Counted from the stretch's first letter, positions 53,660 through 63,088 are shown. The stretch: 64,000 nt of DNA from a virus (IMGVR_UViG_3300044835_000040:32001-96000); one strand, 5' to 3'. The notes: generated by a model not told the origin, from the letters alone. Made by a program: numbers and translations.

Positions 53660-55264
53660 GTGGTCGCAGTCAAGACGGACTACCGCGCGGAGGACGTTCC
53701 GTTCCCGCGAGCGATGACCCGCTTCCCGATGCTGCGCCAGTCGCTGCTCGGCGCGTTCGACCTGTGCGCGCTGGAGGCGATCTTCGAGGCCGAAACCGGC
53801 TACGTCGGCGGGCTCGATGATCCCGAACGGATGGAGTGGTCGTCGCACCCGCAGGGGCGCGGTCAACTTTTCCATAGGTGGGCCGCGAGGCTGCTGACGT
53901 TGCTTTCCTCGATCGGGCACGACCAGCTGAAGGACGACGTGGAATGCCCGCAGTGTGGGCTGGAGCCGAACTTGGAGCTGCAGGAGGGCGACCAGCCGTT
54001 CCAGGAGGGCAACGCGTGCCCGCACTGCCGGACGCCGCTGGAGATGAAGGCGCTGACGAACGTGGCGCTGGATCTGCTGATCGAGGTCGCGCGTCAGCAC
54101 GACGTGCCGGTGGAGGAGATCGTGAAGGTGCCGCAGAGCGAGCTGAAGGACCTGGAGTGGATCGTCTGCAAGTTCGCGAAGGAGCAGCGGTTCACGATCG
54201 TGAACCTGTACGGCGTCGAGGAACGGCTGATGGCGACGTTGGAGTACCCGAACCCGAAGGGCGGCGTGGTGCAGCGGGTGCTGACGGGGCAGCTCGACGC
54301 GCTGTTCAGCGAGGCGACGGAGGTCGAGGGCCGGTATCACGCGACGGTGATCGACTACAAGGACACGTGGGCGATCCCCGGCCCGTCGGAGATCTCCTCG
54401 GACGGATACTGGCAGCAGCGGTTCTACGCGTGGCTGGTGATGCGCAACCATCCGACGGTCGACAGCGTGACGTTGAAGGAGGTGTACGTCCGCTTCAAAT
54501 CGGGCGACTCGGGTGAGGACAACCATCGCTCGGCGACGATCACGCGTGAGCGGCTGCCGCTGATCGAAGCGCAGCTGTCGGTCGTGGCTGAGGGCTTCGA
54601 CCGGGCGTGGGACGCGTTCGAGGAGGAGCGTGAGCTGAGTGCCGAATGGGACTCGGACGAGGAGCTGCGTGACTCGCTGAGCGAGCGGATGGCGGTCGTG
54701 AGGCGTCGCGCGGCCGCGCTGCGGCGCCCGTCGCCGGGGTCGCACTGCAACTACTGCCCGAAGCCGGGGCAGTGTCCGATCGCGCCGTCGGTGCGTGTGC
54801 ACGGCGCGATCCAGACGCAGGAGGACGCCGAACGCGTCGTCGGCGAGCTGACGGTGTTCAAGCGCGCGGTCAAGAGCAGGGAGACGGCGGTGAAGGGCTG
54901 GCTGGAGCGCCCCGACACGGAGCGCGCGACGAAGGTCACGAAGTCAACGGAGGACCTGAAAACGTACAAAGACCGTCCGCCTGGGCTGCCCGAGGGCGTG
55001 CCGGTGAAGGCCGCGAAGGGCCAGAAGGCGTACGCGATGGTGGAGGGGACGCGCACCTCGGCGCCGAAGCGGGAGAAGGTCGAGGAGCTGCTGGCCGCGG
55101 CCGCGCGCGGGGTGCCGGTCGATCTCGACGAGTACTACCGGACGGGCGGCTCGTCGACGTTGCGGCTGGTCGAGCCTGCTGTGCCGGTAGACGGTGCCCC
55201 GGATCCTCTCGTCGAACAGGCCCTCGCCGAAGCCGAAGATCGACTGGCACAGTCGGTTGGCTGA
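53660..55264 (+). CDS. Cas4-like PD-(D/E)XK exonuclease with zinc-ribbon insertion
   Basis: GQLD, IDYKD, QQRFY, HCNYC...CP; insertion CPQC...CPHC. Confidence 0.8.
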   Translation: MVAVKTDYRAEDVPFPRAMTRFPMLRQSLLGAFDLCALEAIFEAETGYVGGLDDPERMEWSSHPQGRGQLFHRWAARLLTLLSSIGHDQLKDDVECPQCGLEPNLELQEGDQPFQEGNACPHCRTPLEMKALTNVALDLLIEVARQHDVPVEEIVKVPQSELKDLEWIVCKFAKEQRFTIVNLYGVEERLMATLEYPNPKGGVVQRVLTGQLDALFSEATEVEGRYHATVIDYKDTWAIPGPSEISSDGYWQQRFYAWLVMRNHPTVDSVTLKEVYVRFKSGDSGEDNHRSATITRERLPLIEAQLSVVAEGFDRAWDAFEEERELSAEWDSDEELRDSLSERMAVVRRRAAALRRPSPGSHCNYCPKPGQCPIAPSVRVHGAIQTQEDAERVVGELTVFKRAVKSRETAVKGWLERPDTERATKVTKSTEDLKTYKDRPPGLPEGVPVKAAKGQKAYAMVEGTRTSAPKREKVEELLAAAARGVPVDLDEYYRTGGSSTLRLVEPAVPVDGAPDPLVEQALAEAEDRLAQSVG

Positions 55265-55277
55265 TCTGGCGACACTG

Positions 55278-55730
55278 ATGGAGCGCATCGAAGCACGCAG
55301 CGTGCGCACCGATGATGGCTGTCTCGTCTGGACGGGCGCGCGCAAACCGACGCGGACTGGAGAGCCGGGCTACGGGTCGATCAGGATCGATCCCGGTCAC
55401 ACGGCGCAAGTGCATCGCGTCGTGTACGCCTTCCATTTCGGGCCGCCCGTAGGGATGGTGCTTCATCGTTGCCACAACCGCCCCTGTCACGAGCCGACGC
55501 ATCTATACGACGGCACCGCTATCGATAACGAGCGCGACGCGATCGAGCGAGGAACGGCCGTGTTCCCGATCTCACCGAACCTCGGCATCACGCATTGCGG
55601 GCACGGTCACGAGCTGACCGGTGCAAACCTGCTTCGCTACAAGCGGCCAGATGGCCGTGTGGAGCGTGTCTGTCGGCCCTGTAAACGCGCGCGCGCTAGG
55701 ACCCTCTACGCGAAGGCGAGCCATCGGTGA
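55278..55730 (+). CDS. HNH homing endonuclease
   Basis: CLVWTG, GYG, VHR, VLHRCHNRPC..PTHL...N, THCGHGH, CRPC. Confidence 0.85.
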   Translation: MERIEARSVRTDDGCLVWTGARKPTRTGEPGYGSIRIDPGHTAQVHRVVYAFHFGPPVGMVLHRCHNRPCHEPTHLYDGTAIDNERDAIERGTAVFPISPNLGITHCGHGHELTGANLLRYKRPDGRVERVCRPCKRARARTLYAKASHR

Positions 55731-56167
55731 AGCGCGGCAAGCCGTTGGAGCGCCGCAAGCCGCTGGCGCGCGGGGACAGCCAGCTGGGGCGCTCGGAGCT
55801 GAAGCGCAAGGGCAGCGGCTTGAAAGCGCTGCGGCCCGACAAGCGCTCGAAGGAGGAGGTCGCGCTACGCAAGCGGTGGGAGGTCGCCGCCGGTCGCTAC
55901 GACGGCCACCATGCACTCCGCAGGAGCGTGATCGAACGGCTCGCTGCCGACGCCGGGCTGCCGGTGATCGAGACGGCATGGGATCTTGCGTGGATGATCC
56001 ACCTCACGCGCGATGCGCACGAGCGCCACACAAACCGCTCCAGGCGGCTGCCGTTTAGTGTCGTGCCGGAACGTGCGCGTGAGGCCGCGAACGCGCTGGA
56101 CGACGCGCTGGAGGCCGCGGGGCGCCCGCGTACGGCGATGCTGCAGTTGCGGCGGGAGTACTCGTGA
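55727..56167 (+). CDS. Hypothetical basic protein (degenerate HNH/NinG-like)
   Basis: MKRGKPLERRKPL; DGHH...HERH. Confidence 0.5.
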   Translation: MKRGKPLERRKPLARGDSQLGRSELKRKGSGLKALRPDKRSKEEVALRKRWEVAAGRYDGHHALRRSVIERLAADAGLPVIETAWDLAWMIHLTRDAHERHTNRSRRLPFSVVPERAREAANALDDALEAAGRPRTAMLQLRREYS

Positions 56168-56481
56168 GCGAACTGCTGAAGCGGGTGCCGGTCATCTCGC
56201 CGTCGATCCCGTCGCAGCTGTGGATGGTGTTCATGGAAGCCGTCTGCAAGCGCTACGGGCACAACTGGCGGCCGTACGGCAAACCGCTGCGGTTCGGTCA
56301 CCGCGAGTACTGCGTCCGGTGCCTACGGCAAGCTGTCGAGCTGGCGGACGGGAGAGTCGAATGCTCCAAGGCTGACGTGATGGCCGCGGATCCGGATCTC
56401 GCGGAGGCTCTGTATCAGGCGCGGTGGGGCGAACTGCCTCGGCAGCGGCTGACGAGAGGCGAATGGCCGGTAGCCGACTAG
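56164..56481 (+). CDS. Hypothetical protein with zinc-finger-like motif
   Basis: CKRYGHNW...YCVRC. Confidence 0.55.
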   Translation: MSELLKRVPVISPSIPSQLWMVFMEAVCKRYGHNWRPYGKPLRFGHREYCVRCLRQAVELADGRVECSKADVMAADPDLAEALYQARWGELPRQRLTRGEWPVAD

Positions 56482-56491
56482 GAGGTGCGAG

Positions 56492-58246
56492 ATGGTGGTG
56501 ACTGAGGAGCTGAAGGTTTTCCGGGGGATCGGGATCCCGGTCGGGCTGGCCGCGACGATGAAGTACGCGGTGCTCGCGAAATCCGGTGGCGGCAAGACGT
56601 ACTGCGCGCTGAAGTTCGAGGAGCAGATGTGCGACGCGGGGATGTTCTTCGTGGTGCTCGATCCCGTCGGCAAGCACTGGGCTCTGCGCGCGGGCGCCAA
56701 CGGCGAGGAGCGCGGCGGCAAGCGCGACGTGTACGTGCTCGGCGGGCTGCATGGCGATGTGGAGCTGTCGCCGTCGAGCGGAGCGTTGATCGCTGACACG
56801 GTGGTCGACCATCCGGGCCGCTACGTGCTCGACGTGTCGACGTTCGAGAGCGACGCTGAACAGGACCGCTTCGCGACGGACTTCGCCAAACGGCTGTTCC
56901 GGCGGAAGGCCAAAGACCCCGGCTACCCGTTGATGCTGGTGCTGGAGGAGGCCGAGTCGTTCATCCCGCAGGTGCCGCGCGGGAACCAGTCGGTGATGCT
57001 CGGCGCGTTCGGGAAGATCGCCCGGCAGGGACGCAACCACGGGCTCGGGCTGTTCATGGTCGCGCAGCGCAGCGCAGCGCTGAACAAAGGCGTGCTGTCG
57101 CAGGCGGATGTGCTGATCGCGAAAGAGATGAGCCACAACAGGGACCTGAACGCGATCGACGAGTGGGTCGAGGCGAACGGCACGAAGCAGGAGCGCGACA
57201 CGCTGATCGGCTCGCTCGCATCGCTCGGCGTCGACGAAGCGTGGGTCTGGTCGCCGTCGTGGCTGCGGTGCTTCACGCGTACGAAGGTGCTGCGCCGGAC
57301 GACGTTCGACAGCTCGGCGAGCGTGGAACATGGCACCTCGATGAAGGCGGTGAAGCTGACGCCGCTGAACGTGGCTGAGCTGGGCAAGCACATCGCGGAG
57401 ACGGCTGAGCGCTCGAAGGCCGAGGACCCGCGCGAGCTGCGCAAGAAGCTCGCTGCGCGTGACGCCAGGATCACTGAGTTGCAGAAGCTCGTCGAGGAGC
57501 AGCCTCTGCGCGTGCCGGAGAAGGTGGAGGTGGAAGTGCCGATGGTGCCGGATGAGGTGCTGAAGCTGCTGGGCGAGGCGATCGGCAGCGCGCACTCGCA
57601 GGCCGGGCGCCTGGAGGATCTGCGGACACTGGCCCGCAACGCGAACGCAGCGCGTCCCACGCTGGCCGCTGAGCGCCCTGTGCGCCCGGCGCCCGTCCGG
57701 AGGACCACTCCCCCGCCTGCACCGGCTCCGGCCCGGCACGCGCCCCGGAACGGTGCGCAGGCGGACGATGGAGAGGCCAAGCCGCTGAAGAAGGCCGAAC
57801 GGGCGATCCTCGCGGTGCTGGCGCAGTTCCCTGACGGCCGCACGGCGAAGCAGCTCGCGATGCTGACGGGCTACAGCCCCACGTCGGGCGGGTTCAACAA
57901 TGCGCTCGCGCGCCTACGGTCGATGGAGCTGATCGACAGGGGCCAGCCGATCCGGATCCTGCCGTCCGGGATGGCTGAGATCGAGGGGGAATACGAGCCG
58001 TTGCCGGAGGGCGAGGCGCTGTGGGGCCACTGGCTCTCGAAGCTGAAGCTCGCCGAACGGACGATCCTGCAGGCGCTTCGCTCCGGTGATGGCCTGACGA
58101 GCGAGCAGCTGGCTGAGGCGACCGGGTACTCGGGCACGAGCGGCGGCTTCAACAATGCGCTGTCGCGGCTGCGGTCGCTGGAACTGATCGAGCGCGGCCA
58201 GCCGATCGTGCTGTCGGCCGAGTTCGCGGAGTCGGTGGCGGCGTGA
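56492..58246 (+). CDS. HerA/DUF87-like ATPase with tandem C-terminal winged HTH
   Basis: AKSGGGKT, VVLDPVG, LVLEEA, GRNHGLG...AQR; duplicated GYSxTSGGFNNALxRLRS. Confidence 0.8.
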   Translation: MVVTEELKVFRGIGIPVGLAATMKYAVLAKSGGGKTYCALKFEEQMCDAGMFFVVLDPVGKHWALRAGANGEERGGKRDVYVLGGLHGDVELSPSSGALIADTVVDHPGRYVLDVSTFESDAEQDRFATDFAKRLFRRKAKDPGYPLMLVLEEAESFIPQVPRGNQSVMLGAFGKIARQGRNHGLGLFMVAQRSAALNKGVLSQADVLIAKEMSHNRDLNAIDEWVEANGTKQERDTLIGSLASLGVDEAWVWSPSWLRCFTRTKVLRRTTFDSSASVEHGTSMKAVKLTPLNVAELGKHIAETAERSKAEDPRELRKKLAARDARITELQKLVEEQPLRVPEKVEVEVPMVPDEVLKLLGEAIGSAHSQAGRLEDLRTLARNANAARPTLAAERPVRPAPVRRTTPPPAPAPARHAPRNGAQADDGEAKPLKKAERAILAVLAQFPDGRTAKQLAMLTGYSPTSGGFNNALARLRSMELIDRGQPIRILPSGMAEIEGEYEPLPEGEALWGHWLSKLKLAERTILQALRSGDGLTSEQLAEATGYSGTSGGFNNALSRLRSLELIERGQPIVLSAEFAESVAA

Positions 58247-58446
58247 TCCCTGAGCAGCGCGTCGCGCGGATGATGGCGCACCTGATCGCGATTGGGCTGG
58301 TCAACGCGGAGGACATCGAAGCTGCCGTCGATTCCGCGGTCGGGATGGAGCTGGGCCAGGACGTGTCGAAGCCGGAGGGCTGTGCCCCGAGCCCGATGCG
58401 CCGGGCGTTCGTCTGTGAGCAGGCGTCGCGGCTTCTGCGTCGCTAA
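58243..58446 (+). CDS. Hypothetical protein
   Basis: GTGA overlap. Confidence 0.45.
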   Translation: MIPEQRVARMMAHLIAIGLVNAEDIEAAVDSAVGMELGQDVSKPEGCAPSPMRRAFVCEQASRLLRR

Positions 58447-58573
58447 GCAGGAACGTCCGACCCGTCTGCAGAAATAGTGCCGGTGAGTGCGGGGTCGATG
58501 ACTCCGTGGCGGGACTCCCGATGGCACTATCTCGCGGCGTCCCGCCGTCTATGCAACCGAAAGGCAGGCGCGC

Positions 58574-59119
58574 ATGAGCGCAGCGACACAGGAGGCGGGT
58601 ATGGCAGACGCGATGACGGACGAGGAGCGAGCGGCAGCAGAGGCCGAGGCCGCAGCGAACGGCAACGGCAGCGACGGCGAGGCCGCGGGCGGTGAGCGGC
58701 AGACGCTGGAGCAGCTGGCCGCGGATGACCCGGACGCCGACGACGAGACCGAGCAGTTCACGCTGTTCGGCAGCCAGTCGAAGATCAACAGCAAAGTCGG
58801 CGGGCCGAAGGTCACGGCGTCCGCGACGCGCTTCACCGCGAAACGCCAGCCGATCCCCGGCCAGTTCGAGCTGGGCGAGACGGTCCGCGGCACGTGGGTC
58901 GGTCGTGTGAAGGATCTGCAGTTCCCGTCGAAGAAGAACAGCGACGGCAGCTACGAGGTGACCCGTGTGCATGTCGTGGAGCTGGAGCGGATCTCGCAGG
59001 CCGAGGACGTGCCGGAGGAGTTCGCGATCCTCGACGGTCGCGGCCGTGCTGCTGAGGACGGCGAGCTGGCGAAAGCTCTCGCTCGGGTCAAGGAGCTGGA
59101 AGCTCTGCTCGAAGCGTAG
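58574..59119 (+). CDS. Hypothetical acidic protein
   Basis: Codon bias; alternative start 58601 after AGGAGG. Confidence 0.6.
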   Translation: MSAATQEAGMADAMTDEERAAAEAEAAANGNGSDGEAAGGERQTLEQLAADDPDADDETEQFTLFGSQSKINSKVGGPKVTASATRFTAKRQPIPGQFELGETVRGTWVGRVKDLQFPSKKNSDGSYEVTRVHVVELERISQAEDVPEEFAILDGRGRAAEDGELAKALARVKELEALLEA

Positions 59120-59220
59120 GACCCCTGGAAATAGCTCGACCCCGCGTCCGGCCTGGGAGGGCTGATGGGACGGCGGGGTCGAGGTTCATGCCAACTACTC
59201 GCGAGGGAGAGGCTGACTTG

Positions 59221-59454
59221 ATGAAGGATAGTGGTACGCCGGACGGATCGAAGAAGCGCCTGACGGTCACCGCGGGCGAGCGGAGGATCATCGCTCACGC
59301 GCTGCGGACACTGGCCGCAGCGGAACGACCGGACGAGGACCGCCGGGCGTACCTGCGCACCGGCTACGGCACGCTAGAGGGCGATGTGCGGTGGCGGCGT
59401 GAGGTCGAGCGGCACGAGATGCGGCTGGCGTTGGCCGAAAGGTTCGAGCGGTGA
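59221..59454 (+). CDS. Hypothetical protein
   Basis: GGAGAGG RBS, GTGA overlap with initiator. Confidence 0.5.
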   Translation: MKDSGTPDGSKKRLTVTAGERRIIAHALRTLAAAERPDEDRRAYLRTGYGTLEGDVRWRREVERHEMRLALAERFER

Positions 59455-60218
59455 GCATCGCTGGCCCGAACTACACGCAGGTGCCGCACGCGCTGCTCGA
59501 CGACGTGCTGCCGGACATCGACACGCTCGCGGAGCTGAAGGTCGCGATGGTGATCGTGCGGGCCACCTTCGGCTGGCAGAAGCAGGAGGAGGTGATGAGC
59601 CTGACGCGGCTGGAGAAGCTGACGGGGATGCGCCGCGAAAGCGTCGTCACCGGCCTGCGCAAGGCGGTCGCCCGCGGCTACGTCAAGAAGGTCGCCGTGG
59701 GTCGCGGATTCGCCTACGGCCTGATCGTGGATGGAGTCGTGGCGGTCCGGGGAGCGGACCAGTCGCAGGGGTCCGGAGACCGGACCATTGATAGTCCGCA
59801 GACCGGACTGCTGGATAGTCCGGAGACCGGACCCCAGTTAAAGAAAGACAGAAAGAAACCCTCCGGGGGAAAGAAACGCCAGGAGGAGATCAAGTTCGAG
59901 GAGGGAAGTGCTGAGGAGGAGGTGTTCAGTCGGCTGACGACGTTGGCGGGGGTCAAGCGCTGCGCTGTGCCGTCGAAGGCGTCGGTGAAGGCGGTGCTCG
60001 ATGCGTACCCGACGATCGACCACGCGTCGCTGCTGACGGACCTGGAGTACTGGGCCGAACACGGTGCAGGGACCCGTCGGCAGATCAAGAGCCTCGCTGG
60101 CACCTACCGCACCTTCGCCAAGCGCGCGTTCGATGACCTGAGCCGTTCGGGGGTGTCTGTACACTTGGAGGACGACGGAAAACCCGAGAGAGACTGGAAC
60201 GCGACGGTCAAAGGGTAA
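59451..60218 (+). CDS. Lambda O-like replication initiator
   Basis: NYTQVPHALLD, ELKV...RATFGWQK, HTH; internal iterons; DnaC-like gene follows. Confidence 0.85.
   Translation: MSIAGPNYTQVPHALLDDVLPDIDTLAELKVAMVIVRATFGWQKQEEVMSLTRLEKLTGMRRESVVTGLRKAVARGYVKKVAVGRGFAYGLIVDGVVAVRGADQSQGSGDRTIDSPQTGLLDSPETGPQLKKDRKKPSGGKKRQEEIKFEEGSAEEEVFSRLTTLAGVKRCAVPSKASVKAVLDAYPTIDHASLLTDLEYWAEHGAGTRRQIKSLAGTYRTFAKRAFDDLSRSGVSVHLEDDGKPERDWNATVKG
59744..59858. repeat. Replication origin: four 17-bp palindromic iterons plus A-rich tract
   Basis: RGTCCGG-AGA-CCGGACY-like copies at 59744, 59770, 59793, 59817, then TTAAAGAAAGACAGAAAGAAA. Confidence 0.75.
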
Positions 60219-60228
60219 GGACTCGAAC

Positions 60229-61035
60229 ATGCGGACGATGGACCCGACAGTCGAGCAGGCACGCACCGAGGAGGACGAGCGGATCGTCTCGCCGTGCCCG
60301 GAGTGCGGCACAGACGTGGAGCGGGTGCTGCCCGCTGGGACGATCGTGTCGCTGGCGAAGCTGATGCGCGGGATGGCGCTGACGTGCACGGACTGCTCGG
60401 AGCGCCTGGACGAAGAGGAGGAGGCGCGCAAAATCCGCATGGAACGCCAGGGGCGTGAGGAGCGGTGCGAGCTGCCGCCGCTGCTCCGTGGGCTGAGCTG
60501 GGACGGGTACAGCGTGGAGCGCCCCGGCGCGGCCGCGGCGGTCGATGCTGCTCGGGAGTGGGCTGCTGGTGAGCACGCGAAGCGCGGGCTGCTGTACGTC
60601 GGCCCGGTCGGGGTCGGCAAGACGACGCTGGCGGCTATCGCGATGTGGGCTGCGCTCGACAGGATCGGTGTGCGGTACGTCAACGTCGCGGAGCTGGCGG
60701 TGAAGATGACGGCTGCGTTCGGTGACAAGGATCGGCAGGCTGCGCTGCGGGTGCTGACGGGCCGCGGTCCGGTGGTGCTCGATGACCTGGACAAGGTGAA
60801 CCCGTCGATGCAGGTGCTGTCGCATCTGTACACGGCGATCGATGGCCGGGTGCAGGCGGGCACGTCGATGATCGTGACGACGAACATGGACCCGCAGGCT
60901 CTGCTGGAGAAGTTCAGCAAGGTCCGGCAGGGTGATGACGCGAGTGAGCGGCGTGTGGCCGCGGAGGCGATCGTCGACCGGCTGGTGGGGCACTGCTCGA
61001 TCTTCCGGATCACGGGCGGCTCGGGCCGCGTCTGA
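60229..61035 (+). CDS. DnaC/IstB-like AAA+ helicase loader
   Basis: CPEC...CTDC; GPVGVGKT; VVLDDL; IVTTN; IVDRL. Confidence 0.85.
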   Translation: MRTMDPTVEQARTEEDERIVSPCPECGTDVERVLPAGTIVSLAKLMRGMALTCTDCSERLDEEEEARKIRMERQGREERCELPPLLRGLSWDGYSVERPGAAAAVDAAREWAAGEHAKRGLLYVGPVGVGKTTLAAIAMWAALDRIGVRYVNVAELAVKMTAAFGDKDRQAALRVLTGRGPVVLDDLDKVNPSMQVLSHLYTAIDGRVQAGTSMIVTTNMDPQALLEKFSKVRQGDDASERRVAAEAIVDRLVGHCSIFRITGGSGRV

Positions 61036-61277
61036 TGGACGCCTACACAAACGATGTTCGTAACTGCGCTCGCTGCGGCGGCGATCACGACGGCGTGGTG
61101 TTCGAGCCGTTGACACGACCGGTCGCGCGCGGCGGCGACCGCGAGGACTCGTTGCTCTACACGCACTGGGCGGCCTGTCCGACGAACGGCGAGCCGATCA
61201 TATCGCTGGCGCGCCCGCGCACGCCGCCGGGTCCTCCTTCGCCCCCGAAGCCGGACCGTCACCGCCCGATCGGCTGA
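61035..61277 (+). CDS. Hypothetical protein
   Basis: CARCGGDH...THWAACPTNGEPI. Confidence 0.6.
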   Translation: MDAYTNDVRNCARCGGDHDGVVFEPLTRPVARGGDREDSLLYTHWAACPTNGEPIISLARPRTPPGPPSPPKPDRHRPIG

Positions 61278-61441
61278 TGCCGGACTGGGGCTACACGCGG
61301 GGCGGCAACTGGTACGACGGGCTCCCCACACGGGTCTACCGCGGGTTCTACGGGCTGTCCTCGCAGCAGAAGATCGTGGAGAGCCAGCGCGACAAAGGCA
61401 AGCTCGCGGTGTTCCCCGACTGTAAGCGGCTGTGGTGGTGA
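61277..61441 (+). CDS. Small hypothetical protein (54 aa)
   Basis: TGATG coupling; MPDWGYTRGG...KRLWW; below ORF-track cutoff. Confidence 0.45.
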   Translation: MPDWGYTRGGNWYDGLPTRVYRGFYGLSSQQKIVESQRDKGKLAVFPDCKRLWW

Positions 61442-61521
61442 AGCGGGCTCTCCCGACGCTGCTGGTCGCGTCGCTACTGGTGCTGGCCGCCGCGGCCGCG
61501 ATCTTGCTGCAGCATCTCTGA
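61438..61521 (+). CDS. Tiny hydrophobic peptide (27 aa)
   Basis: GTGA overlap; MKRALPTLLVASLLVLAAAAAILLQHL. Confidence 0.35.
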   Translation: MKRALPTLLVASLLVLAAAAAILLQHL

Positions 61522-61641
61522 CGGCCGGTAGGATCCAGCTCGGACGGGCCGCGCATGGTGTGCGGGAGATCCCGTAACCCGTCCCCAAAGTCGCGGCATG
61601 AAACAGAGCGGCCCGTCCGTTCACTCGCGTAGGGTCGGCCG

Positions 61642-62265
61642 ATGACTCCCCTGCTGGAGCAGCAAGAGCTGCTGGAGGTGCCACCGGAGCGGACCGTCGC
61701 GTTGCCGACGACGATCAGCCCGACGGCGGGCTGGTGGGGCGTCGACATATCCACCGCTCGCTACAACATCGGGTTCATCGACCGCGACGGCCAGCGCGGT
61801 GTGCACAGCGTGAAGCTCGGCGCGGCGAACGACAACGAGGGCGAGCGGCTGAACCGCTTCCAGCGGCAGATGTGCACGCTCACGGAGACGATGCTCGCCG
61901 AGCCGGGCGTCCCGTTGCCGGGCGTGGTGTTCGTGGAGCAGCCGGGCGGGCAGACGGTGATGCCGATCCTCTGGTACGCGGCGGGGATCGCTGCGCAGGC
62001 GATCTACCAGACGGTCAACCGGATCCACGGCTACGTGCCGCGTGTGGAGACGATGCCGCCGTCGAAGTGGAAGAAGATCGCGGTCGGCAGGGGGAACATC
62101 TACAAGCCCGCGCGCAAGAAGGGCCAGCCGCCACCGCCGATCGACGCGTACCCGGTGTGGGTCTGGGCGCGCACGCTGGGGATGCCGGAGACGGGCAGCT
62201 GGGATGACGCTGACGCGTATGGCGTCGCGGAGGCGGCGCGCAAGACGATAGGGATTGCTCGCTAG
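61642..62265 (+). CDS. RuvC-like Holliday junction resolvase
   Basis: WGVDIS, VFVEQP, PSKWKK, DDADA. Confidence 0.8.
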   Translation: MTPLLEQQELLEVPPERTVALPTTISPTAGWWGVDISTARYNIGFIDRDGQRGVHSVKLGAANDNEGERLNRFQRQMCTLTETMLAEPGVPLPGVVFVEQPGGQTVMPILWYAAGIAAQAIYQTVNRIHGYVPRVETMPPSKWKKIAVGRGNIYKPARKKGQPPPPIDAYPVWVWARTLGMPETGSWDDADAYGVAEAARKTIGIAR

Positions 62266-62274
62266 CCTTCGCGC

Positions 62275-62475
62275 ATGTCCAACGTAGACAAGAGCGCGCT
62301 CCCCGCGCTTCAGATCAGGGATCAGGGCTTCGAGCTGCGCCAGCACCCGACGGAAACGGGTCCGGCCGACTACATCGGTCAGGGCACGCCGTCGGAGCAG
62401 GCGCGCGACCGCGCGCAGGAGGCGGCTGTCGCCGCGTGTCCTGCTCATCGCGTGGTCGTCGGCACGATGAGCTGA
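62275..62475 (+). CDS. Hypothetical protein
   Basis: ORF fills the gap; weak support. Confidence 0.4.
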   Translation: MSNVDKSALPALQIRDQGFELRQHPTETGPADYIGQGTPSEQARDRAQEAAVAACPAHRVVVGTMS

Positions 62476-62537
62476 CGGTGGCGCCGCCGGGGGCGGCTGC
62501 TACTGTCTCGCGCTGCAACCGATCGCTGGGAGGTGTG

Positions 62538-62987
62538 GTGCTCACCGCTGATGAGGAACGCGCGAAGGCGCGTGCTCGCTATCACCGTCGTAAGGCTGAA
62601 GACCCCGAGCGGGTCGCGCGGCAGTCTCGTGAATCGAGCCGTGCGTATCGCAGGGGTCCGCATCGCGAGATGGTGCTGAGCATCGAAGCGATGCGGCTTC
62701 GAGGGCACTACGCTCGCGCGACGCCTGAGCAGAAACAGGCGATACGGCTGCGGTCGAGGCGCAAAGGCGCTGCCCGTCCCGACGCTGAGTACGGCGTGCA
62801 GGGCGATCCTTGCTGTTACTGCGGCGCTCGGATGGAGCACGTGGATCACGTGGACCCTGTTGCTCGTGGTGGAGGCGGCGGCTGGGAGAACCTAACCGCC
62901 GCCTGCGCGCCGTGCAACCTCACGAAGGGCGCACGCACGCTGCTCGTGTACCTCGTCGAAAGGAGGCGTCCCACGACAACCCGATAG
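62538..62987 (+). CDS. HNH endonuclease
   Basis: CCYCG, VDHVDPVARGG, NLTAACAPCNLTKG; GCAACCGAT leader and GGAGGTG RBS. Confidence 0.8.
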   Translation: MLTADEERAKARARYHRRKAEDPERVARQSRESSRAYRRGPHREMVLSIEAMRLRGHYARATPEQKQAIRLRSRRKGAARPDAEYGVQGDPCCYCGARMEHVDHVDPVARGGGGGWENLTAACAPCNLTKGARTLLVYLVERRRPTTTR

Positions 62988-63088
62988 GTCGCTGCGCGCA
63001 CGAGGGATGCAAAGCGCGCCGGGGGAAGTCCCGTACCCCGAAGGCAAGCGGCCGGGCTGACGATGCAAACAACCCTGGAGGTCTGTTC

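Noticed and set aside
53660-55264. Cas4-like gene as evidence of a CRISPR system
   Set aside because: No array or other cas genes; adjacent to a RecT-like gene, so a phage recombination exonuclease.
59744-59833. Short palindromic repeats as a mini-CRISPR array
   Set aside because: Spacers of only 6-9 bp inside the initiator ORF fit iterons.
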